This document shows positions 57,327 to 64,000 of a DNA stretch of 64,000 nucleotides, piece after piece. The stretch is taken from assembly GCA_021734025.1 (NCBI GenBank), contig JAIPJS010000007.1, forward strand, positions 28,441 to 92,440, given 5' to 3'. Positions within the stretch are counted from its first letter, which is position 1; each line of letters begins with the position of its first letter. A model generated the notes under the pieces. That model searched no databases. It saw only the letters and a list, made by a program, of their open reading frames with translations, and was not told where the DNA came from. The position numbers and the translations under genes were made by a program. This stretch comes from Fidelibacterota bacterium. Lineage in GTDB: Bacteria; Fidelibacterota; JAANXI01.

Positions 57327-58976
57327 ATGGGCGACGACGCACCGGATTATCAGGATCTGGCTCGTGAACTCTCCACCCTCCGTACGATGGTGGAAAAGGT
57401 GCATGAGCGCGTCCGCCGGCTTGAACGAGCCGCAGGATTCAGGCCAGGGCAGATAACAACTCCTGAACAACCGAGATCAACGGAAGCGGAGGCTTTGGCC
57501 GGGACGCCTTCCGCCCCTAAAATTAGTCTTGAACAGCGTATCGGAGAATATTGGTTTGCCCAGGCCGGGATCGTAATCTTCATATTAGGACTTATTTTTC
57601 TGATCAGCTATACGTTTACCGAGTTCCGTCCATTTTGGCAAGCAGTCACAGGTTACGGGATCACGTTTTTGATCTTTGGCCTTTCCCGGCTGATGCAAAA
57701 GCGGTTCACCTTTTTGTCGGAGATCCTTTTTCCGGGCAGTTTGCTCTTATTGTACTATGTGACCCTGCGACTCCATTTTTTCCATGCGGAGCCAATTATA
57801 TCGAATAAGGCGATCGCCCTTACGCTCTTGTTAATCATTCTTGGCATCCAGCTCCGGATTACCTGGCAAAAGGATTCACAGTTATTAGCGTTTATGCCGG
57901 TACTTCTTGGCTTCTTAACGGCATTGTTGAGTGATACTCATCATTTTGCACTTATCCTGATTGTGGCAACAGCTGTTGTGGCAGCACTACTCTTTTCGAT
58001 CAAACATTGGCAGATATTTGGAATTGCTAGCATAGGTTTTACCTATGTATCATTCTTGATATATCTCTTAAATAACCCCATTCTCGGAAAAGAGATTCAA
58101 TTACTCCCCCGGCATGACTGGATGCTAGTGTACCTCGTGGCTACACTGATTGTTTTCACCTTGGTCAGTTTCCGTCCCCGGGTCAATGAGTATCTAACCC
58201 GTGTAACCCGGATTGCCCTTACTACCGTAAATTCCAGTGGATTTTATCTCGTGGCGCTGCTAGTGACCTTTCACTTTTTTCATCAGAATTTAGCGTTCTG
58301 GAATTTTGTTTTTGCTGGAGTGCTGTTTGCTATCGCCACAGCTCACTGGACAATCCGACAGAGTAAGTATTCGACCTCTTTCTATGCGAGCTTTAGTTAC
58401 ATTGCGTTAACTATCGGTATACTATCCGCAGCCGAAGCTCCCGATATTTTCCTGTATTTAGTATGGCAAAGTGCGATTGTTATCGGGACAGCGATTTGGT
58501 TCAAATCCGGTATAATCATCTGGGCGAATATGGGAATTTATTTGATTGTTCTCCTTGCCTATCTGTTCGTACCGGCGGAATCAGGGATGGTGAATGTCCA
58601 TTTTGCCATTGTTGCATTTTTCAGCGAACGCTTGCTGACTGTAGGAACGGTGCGGATTAAAAAGACCCCGGTTTTCTTCCATTACATATACGTGTTTACG
58701 GGATATGCTATGCTTGTTTACGGTTTAGCCCTCCTTTTACCGCCAGGTTACGTGAGTATGTTTTGGTTTATTGTGTCCGCCGGTATCATGGCCGTGGGAT
58801 ATGTATTGGATCTGCGATATTATAAGTGGATTGGTTTCAGCAGCATCGTTGCACCTGTATTCCGGATCTTTATTATTGATTTGGCCGCACTTGAGCCGAT
58901 TTATCGGGTTTTCTCCTTTGTGGCCATCGGAGCCGGCCTGATGGCTATCGCGATATTTTATACGCGAAAAGGGTGA
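57327..58976 (+). CDS. Polytopic integral membrane protein (DUF2339-like) with N-terminal cytoplasmic coiled coil
   Basis: About 14 hydrophobic helices following a charged N-terminus. No catalytic motif recognised. Confidence 0.45.
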   Translation: MGDDAPDYQDLARELSTLRTMVEKVHERVRRLERAAGFRPGQITTPEQPRSTEAEALAGTPSAPKISLEQRIGEYWFAQAGIVIFILGLIFLISYTFTEFRPFWQAVTGYGITFLIFGLSRLMQKRFTFLSEILFPGSLLLLYYVTLRLHFFHAEPIISNKAIALTLLLIILGIQLRITWQKDSQLLAFMPVLLGFLTALLSDTHHFALILIVATAVVAALLFSIKHWQIFGIASIGFTYVSFLIYLLNNPILGKEIQLLPRHDWMLVYLVATLIVFTLVSFRPRVNEYLTRVTRIALTTVNSSGFYLVALLVTFHFFHQNLAFWNFVFAGVLFAIATAHWTIRQSKYSTSFYASFSYIALTIGILSAAEAPDIFLYLVWQSAIVIGTAIWFKSGIIIWANMGIYLIVLLAYLFVPAESGMVNVHFAIVAFFSERLLTVGTVRIKKTPVFFHYIYVFTGYAMLVYGLALLLPPGYVSMFWFIVSAGIMAVGYVLDLRYYKWIGFSSIVAPVFRIFIIDLAALEPIYRVFSFVAIGAGLMAIAIFYTRKG

Positions 58977-59391
58977 CTTTCCCGGAAATGAGCATCAATC
59001 GGATTTCGTTGAAAAAATTTACTTTCCCTGTTGTGATGTCACGGATTTTCGTTGAATTAGTCAACGTAGGGGAAAGAAGTCCAATTATTGAGAAAAGTTT
59101 GAAACCGATTTCCTATTTGTAAAAAATAGTGTTGATATTTTCAACAATTCTGCCTAAAAAGATAAGAACCCACAGGGGTTCTGCGAATTCTGCCCTTGGC
59201 ACATTATTTGAAACATTATATTGCGTAATGAGAAGACAACAGTACAGTCAAATATTGGATTGTTGGCGGCAGACTTGCTGTTGCTCTCGAAGAATGCAAC
59301 CAATTTTTGCCGGAGATCGGTTCTGACCATTGATGTTTGGAATCCGATTTCTGGCAATTTTGTATCTTTTCAATTTGAAGGGGGATTTTTA

Positions 59392-61149
59392 ATGAAAAGG
59401 TTGCCTCTAATTTTAATTCTCGCACTCGGTTTTGTGGTTGCAGGTCTGGTCAGCTGTGAAAAAGAGAAGATCGTTGAAGCTGAACCGGCCATCAAAGTCA
59501 CCGAAGTTGTTGCGTCTGATACCATGGTTACCCAGGGTAAGACGGTAACGCTGACAGCAACACTCGAAACCGATGAAGAAGTCGACGCGGCATCCATTGA
59601 ACTGAAATGGTTTGCGGCGAACGGCGAATTCGTAGGACACGTCAGTGAAGGTGATACCGTGACCTGGAAAGCGCCGGCGGAAGATGGCGTTTATCGGGTG
59701 ACTGTCCACGCCACCGACGGAGAAAATATCGCCATCGGTATGCGGGATCTGGGTGTAAACGAATATGCACCTTCCGCAGATGTCTACTATGTCGGCGATG
59801 AAGCTTGTGGCCAGTGTCATGGCGATACGCACACGGATTGGGCTGAAACGGGCCATGCCGATGCGTGGGCCAGCCTGCAGAGCAGTGGGCATCCCGCACC
59901 GTATTGCGAACCGTGCCATACAGTTAATCAGGTGGATACCGACGGCAATTCCGGCTACGATGAAGTACCGACAGCGAAGTTCGTTGATGTGCAGTGTGAA
60001 AGCTGTCACGGACCCGGTAGTGACCACATTAGCGGTCCATCCGCTGATAACATCACAAGCCAGGAAGCAATTTTAGCTGAAGAAACCTGTGCGGTCTGTC
60101 ATGAAGGCGGGCACCATCCGTATCATGAACAGTGGACAGAATCGGCTCACAACTTTGATCCGGCTACCGCTGCTCATGGAGCTGGTGCACGTTCGTACTG
60201 CCAGCCGTGCCATAGCGGAACCGGTTTTGTCGAAGCGTTTGACGATGAATACACCGATCTGTATGCAAACGCCGAAAACAAGATGGGCATCACGTGTGGT
60301 GTTTGCCATGATTCACACAATAGCGACAATGTCGGACAGTTGAGAACGGTTGCGTCGTACGAATTCCTCGGCGGTGAAGTTGCCGATGAAGGCGGCGCAG
60401 GTCAGCTCTGTGTTCAGTGTCACCATGCACGTCATGATGGCGAAGAACAGATTCCGGCAGGCGACGAACACTTTGGGCCGCACGGTTCGACCCAGGGTGA
60501 TGTTGTTTACGGAACCACTGGTTATGAAGAAGTTGCACCTGATTTTCAGTTCGCCAGCACCGGTCACGGTCTGGTGGAAGACGCTTGTGCAGCATGTCAC
60601 GTCTACATGACCGAATATGATGAGACGACGGACTTCGCCAATGTGGGACATACATTTGAACCGCGTGTCGAATCCTGTAGCCAGTGTCACGGATCGGATA
60701 TCACCGATTCCTTCAGAGATATTCAGGCCAAGAACGATTTCGATAACGACAATTCCATCGAACCCGTTCAGGATGAAGTGGAAGGTCTGATCCATCTGCT
60801 GGCCGTCAAACTGGTGGAATATGACAACGCGAATAACGGCGGGAAATATCTTGACAATCCTGACCCGAACGCTGACGGTTTCCTGACCACGGTTATGGAT
60901 TCCATTAACAATACCTACACAGACAGTACCGAGTCTGGTGCCGTTGAACTTCGTAAAGGGGGTTTCAACCTCTTCTATGCGTATGACGACGGAAGCACGG
61001 GTATCCATAATCCGGCGTATGTCATTCAGTTGCTGCAGCAGAGTGTGCTGTATTACGATCCAAACGCATTTGATGATGGCGGATTGCTGGTTGGAGGAAA
61101 AGCCACCACTCTTGGTGCAGCCGACCGGATTACCACAGCGATGCAATAG
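59392..61149 (+). CDS. Multihaem c-type cytochrome lipoprotein (9 CxxCH)
   Basis: Lipoprotein signal ...GLVSC. Nine CxxCH motifs. Ribosome-binding site GAAGGGGGA. Confidence 0.8.
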   Translation: MKRLPLILILALGFVVAGLVSCEKEKIVEAEPAIKVTEVVASDTMVTQGKTVTLTATLETDEEVDAASIELKWFAANGEFVGHVSEGDTVTWKAPAEDGVYRVTVHATDGENIAIGMRDLGVNEYAPSADVYYVGDEACGQCHGDTHTDWAETGHADAWASLQSSGHPAPYCEPCHTVNQVDTDGNSGYDEVPTAKFVDVQCESCHGPGSDHISGPSADNITSQEAILAEETCAVCHEGGHHPYHEQWTESAHNFDPATAAHGAGARSYCQPCHSGTGFVEAFDDEYTDLYANAENKMGITCGVCHDSHNSDNVGQLRTVASYEFLGGEVADEGGAGQLCVQCHHARHDGEEQIPAGDEHFGPHGSTQGDVVYGTTGYEEVAPDFQFASTGHGLVEDACAACHVYMTEYDETTDFANVGHTFEPRVESCSQCHGSDITDSFRDIQAKNDFDNDNSIEPVQDEVEGLIHLLAVKLVEYDNANNGGKYLDNPDPNADGFLTTVMDSINNTYTDSTESGAVELRKGGFNLFYAYDDGSTGIHNPAYVIQLLQQSVLYYDPNAFDDGGLLVGGKATTLGAADRITTAMQ

Positions 61150-61290
61150 CGGCATACTGTAGTTTCTGAGTGAACGAGAAATAAGAATTTTAGGGGGGCA
61201 GCACTTTTAAGAGCCCCCCTAAAATTTAATTTGGATGACGAATAACAAATTCCATGGCAGGATAAGTAAACAGGAATCCGGGACTACGAT

Positions 61291-62499
61291 TTGAGGACAA
61301 TTATGAGAAAGAACGGACTTGTATTCGTGTTGGCGCTGCTGGTGTTGCTGCCTATAATCGGGCAGGCCCAATCCGGGTTTTCCGGTGCGTATATCGGAAA
61401 GTTTACAACCCAGGAACGGGGGGCCGATGACGGGGCAACAGAACAGCAAATGCGTCTGTATAATCGTATCCTGTTACAGTATGAACCATCAGAAAATTTT
61501 GCATTAAAAACAGCACTGAGACGCGCAGACTATTTTCAGGAAAGTATCGGGAATACGCATCTGTACTATGCGTATGCCGACTGGGCTGTCACCCAAAATA
61601 TTGGAGTGATGGTTGGCCGGCAATATCCCTATAACAAGATGATCCGGCGGGCAATTGATGGACTCAGCCTGGATTGGCAGGTGATGCCGCACTGGTCGAT
61701 TGAAGGCATTTGGGGACTGTACACTCCGTACGATCGGGCCGGTTTAATCGAGAACCCGGAAGATGAGCACGGATATTACATGGGACTACGGTACACCGGG
61801 AATGAGAACTCCACGCTTCGGGCGTCCGGATATCAGCAGGTGAGCCAGGGACGGATTTTAAATTTCGCTGGAATGGACGGACGCTATGCCGATCTCTGGG
61901 GAATAAATTTGTACGGATTTTTTAAATATAATATCACACAAAATTTTGTACAGGAGGCAGAGGGACAGCTCCGGCGTCAGTTCGGTGAAAATTTCTCGGT
62001 TTCCGCCGCATATAAATACCGGGATCCGAATTTCGACCTGCCGGAATGGTACTGGCAGTTTGCCGTCGAGCCTTATACGAATGTCAGGGCGGGATTTGAT
62101 TGGTTTCTGACTCGTACCGGAAGTCTTTCTCTGGAATATTTTACCCGGATGATGACGGATGAAACCATCCGGCGATACAAATTGGGATGGGTTGCCTCCG
62201 ACTGGACAGCCGGAGTAGTCTATGCGGCCAACGAGGATGGCACATCAGAAGAATGGAACGCTTACGGCAGCATCCAGCATCGCTTCGGAAAAAGTCTGTT
62301 AGTGGGCGCTGGCGTTGATTACTTTGATTATGTCTTTAACGAAACGTATGAAGAACCGCTCAATGCGTTCGGTTCCAATGTTTTTGCACGGTATCGGTTT
62401 GGGAATGCCTTAACAACGGGCCTGCGGCTGTATTATTTAACCAATCCGCAATATTCCAATGACGTCCGGCTGTTGGGTGAACTCAGTTACCAGTTCTAG
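61291..62499 (+). CDS. Outer-membrane beta-barrel protein (porin-like, terminal F) embedded in the cytochrome cluster
   Basis: Signal peptide. Aromatic-rich alternating strands. C-terminal ...LSYQF. Confidence 0.55.
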   Translation: MRTIMRKNGLVFVLALLVLLPIIGQAQSGFSGAYIGKFTTQERGADDGATEQQMRLYNRILLQYEPSENFALKTALRRADYFQESIGNTHLYYAYADWAVTQNIGVMVGRQYPYNKMIRRAIDGLSLDWQVMPHWSIEGIWGLYTPYDRAGLIENPEDEHGYYMGLRYTGNENSTLRASGYQQVSQGRILNFAGMDGRYADLWGINLYGFFKYNITQNFVQEAEGQLRRQFGENFSVSAAYKYRDPNFDLPEWYWQFAVEPYTNVRAGFDWFLTRTGSLSLEYFTRMMTDETIRRYKLGWVASDWTAGVVYAANEDGTSEEWNAYGSIQHRFGKSLLVGAGVDYFDYVFNETYEEPLNAFGSNVFARYRFGNALTTGLRLYYLTNPQYSNDVRLLGELSYQF

Positions 62500-62515
62500 G
62501 AAGGTGAAAGCGCAT

Positions 62516-63391
62516 ATGAAAATTCTTGTACAGGTTTGCTTGCTGGTACTTTTCCCGTTGACGCTTGTCTTCGGCGCCTCCGATGGCGATACAACGAATT
62601 TTGAATTTTCGCATAAGTACCATAACGAAATGGGACTCGGCGACTGCTCTACATGTCATATGAGTGCCACCGAAAGCACCACCGGCACTGATGATTTACT
62701 CCCCAACGCAGAAACCTGCACCATGTGCCATGGCGATGCGGTGACTCCACCGACAAATCTCAAGCGTATCACAGATTATCAGACAATTTTTTCGCACAAG
62801 CGCCACGCGGTAGATGAGGAAATTGAGTGCAGTTCATGCCATGAAGGTATTCTCGAGGATGAGGCAATTACAGCTGATCATCTGCCAACGATGAACGACT
62901 GCTATTCCTGCCATATGGAGGATGTGAAGCAGGTGCCGGAAGATTGTGGAATGTGCCACGGTCCGGAAGAGCGGTTAACGCCGAAAACCCATACCGCGAC
63001 CTGGGAAAATTATCACGGTATGAAGGTGAGCAGTACCGGAAACCGGGGAGAGTGCGCTACCTGTCACGTAGAGGAATCGTTCTGCCAGGATTGCCATTTT
63101 GGCGATAATGTGGTGCAGCAGACCCATCCCACGAACTGGGAGTATACGCACGGGATTGAAGCACGCCGGCAATCCACGGATTGTAGCACATGCCACGAGA
63201 GCAAACAATTTTGTGCGGATTGCCATCAGGCCAATCTGGTGATGCCGATTACACACTCGGTACCGAGTTGGGCAACGAAAGCAGGCGGAGGCCGTCACGC
63301 GGAGGAAGCCACCATGGATATAGATAATTGCGCATCATGCCACACGAATCCGGCAGACGATCCTACCTGCCTGGAATGCCATAGTAATTAG
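62516..63391 (+). CDS. Multihaem c-type cytochrome (11 CxxCH)
   Basis: Signal peptide. Eleven CxxCH motifs. Confidence 0.8.
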   Translation: MKILVQVCLLVLFPLTLVFGASDGDTTNFEFSHKYHNEMGLGDCSTCHMSATESTTGTDDLLPNAETCTMCHGDAVTPPTNLKRITDYQTIFSHKRHAVDEEIECSSCHEGILEDEAITADHLPTMNDCYSCHMEDVKQVPEDCGMCHGPEERLTPKTHTATWENYHGMKVSSTGNRGECATCHVEESFCQDCHFGDNVVQQTHPTNWEYTHGIEARRQSTDCSTCHESKQFCADCHQANLVMPITHSVPSWATKAGGGRHAEEATMDIDNCASCHTNPADDPTCLECHSN

Positions 63392-63407
63392 AATGAGAGG
63401 GCTCTTC

Positions 63408-64000
63408 ATGAAGATTTTTCGGTTTCTTAGGATTGCGATTGCGGGGATCCTCTGTGTGGCTGTGGTATTATCCTGCAGCGAAGAGAAATCTCCCACCGAT
63501 ATTGCAACGCATCCCCAGGGATGGAATGACGTAAACTCAGAGGTGTTTCACGGCGAGAAAGTTGCCGCGAATCACGGTATAGATAACTGTATGACCTGCC
63601 ACGGTGAAACTCTGGATGAAGGGGGCGAAAGCGGCGTGGCCTGTACTGATTGTCACAATTCCGGTCAGGTAGAGCAGAAAGCGACGCATAATGTTCGTGT
63701 TCAGCAACTAGGCTGGGAAATTGAAACCTGTACGTATTGCCACGGATCGGATTACACTGGCAACGAGATAACGGAAGATTGCACCACCTGCCATACTCGG
63801 GAGGCAGGACCTGAAGCCTGTAATACCTGCCACGGTGATTTTGACGCCGAGGGCGAGCTGACCAAGCAGGACATCGCACCGCCGCCGGCACTCCGCGGCG
63901 AAACCGGACCGGTGTATGCAGGCGTCGGTCTGCATCAATTCCATTTGGATAAAGGCTTAACCTGTATCGGGTGCCATGCCGATGATGTAGATCATTTTGA
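63408..64000 (+). CDS. Multihaem c-type cytochrome lipoprotein (partial, runs off window; at least 6 CxxCH)
   Basis: ATG at 63408. Signal ...VLSCS. CMTCH, CTDCH, CTYCH, CTTCH, CNTCH, CIGCH. Confidence 0.7.
   Translation, partial: MKIFRFLRIAIAGILCVAVVLSCSEEKSPTDIATHPQGWNDVNSEVFHGEKVAANHGIDNCMTCHGETLDEGGESGVACTDCHNSGQVEQKATHNVRVQQLGWEIETCTYCHGSDYTGNEITEDCTTCHTREAGPEACNTCHGDFDAEGELTKQDIAPPPALRGETGPVYAGVGLHQFHLDKGLTCIGCHADDVDHF

Noticed and set aside
60313-61155. 280-aa - strand ORF, and 59413-60027 (-)
   Set aside because: Both are antisense within the 9-haem lipoprotein gene, whose CxxCH motifs define the real frame.
1-64000. CRISPR arrays, tRNA and rRNA genes
   Set aside because: The short word arrays are 7-10-nt degenerate tandem repeats without unique spacers, so they are not CRISPR. 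No cloverleaf-compatible 70-90-nt segments, T-loop GTTCRANYC boxes or rRNA-like conserved stretches were seen in any spacer.

Overview
Overall picture: a 64-kb window with about 50 protein-coding genes, almost all on the + strand, probably from an FCB-superphylum bacterium. The evidence for that placement is a T9SS-type C-terminal sorting domain on the first gene and mostly weak or absent Shine-Dalgarno sequences. GC content is moderate. Gene content in order: a BNR-repeat secreted protein; an ECF sigma / anti-sigma / DUF2892 operon; a NifX-like protein; a TlpA thioredoxin; citrate synthase; a YihY membrane protein; a VOC protein; a TetR-regulated LolA-like + MacB-type ABC exporter operon with an outer-membrane (OM) barrel, interrupted by a GxxExxY cassette; a peptide and proline catabolism block (M1 aminopeptidase N, CPBP membrane protease, proline dehydrogenase, Xaa-Pro aminopeptidase); ferritin; a giant 1876-aa multidomain protein; a flotillin; DUF309; an aldo/keto reductase; an HDAC-family deacetylase; a PaaI thioesterase; sucA/sucB (- strand); 5-formyl-THF cyclo-ligase; a ferredoxin-MBL protein; gltB/gltD; a CsgG-like lipoprotein; cysK; a GTDC1-like glycosyltransferase (-); an MBL hydrolase; and a 3' cluster of Rieske/cytochrome b plus four multihaem c-type cytochromes and an OM beta-barrel (a putative porin-cytochrome electron conduit). 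No rRNA, tRNA or CRISPR was seen. Main second-look items: (1) a SelW-like selenoprotein gene the ORF track misses (in-frame TGA with an fdhF-like SECIS hairpin), translationally coupled to pepN; (2) the 1876-aa protein, which appears to fuse a PLP aminotransferase fold with a divergent PEP-carboxylase-like region; (3) an unusual family of mosaic intergenic repeat elements built from ordered arrays of short degenerate 'word' repeats (GGTATAAGG, TAATCTTA, GGAGAAAGG, CAACTAA, YTAACAC / GTGTTNAA) plus a GGGATCCC palindrome and a hairpin-GACTACCAAC motif, found in many intergenic spacers including inside operons; (4) an AT-richer GxxExxY gene flanked by inverted decamer arrays; (5) a MITE-like element; (6) REP-like GCTTCAGC hairpins. 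Every call was made by eye from the sequence and the supplied translations, with no database searches.
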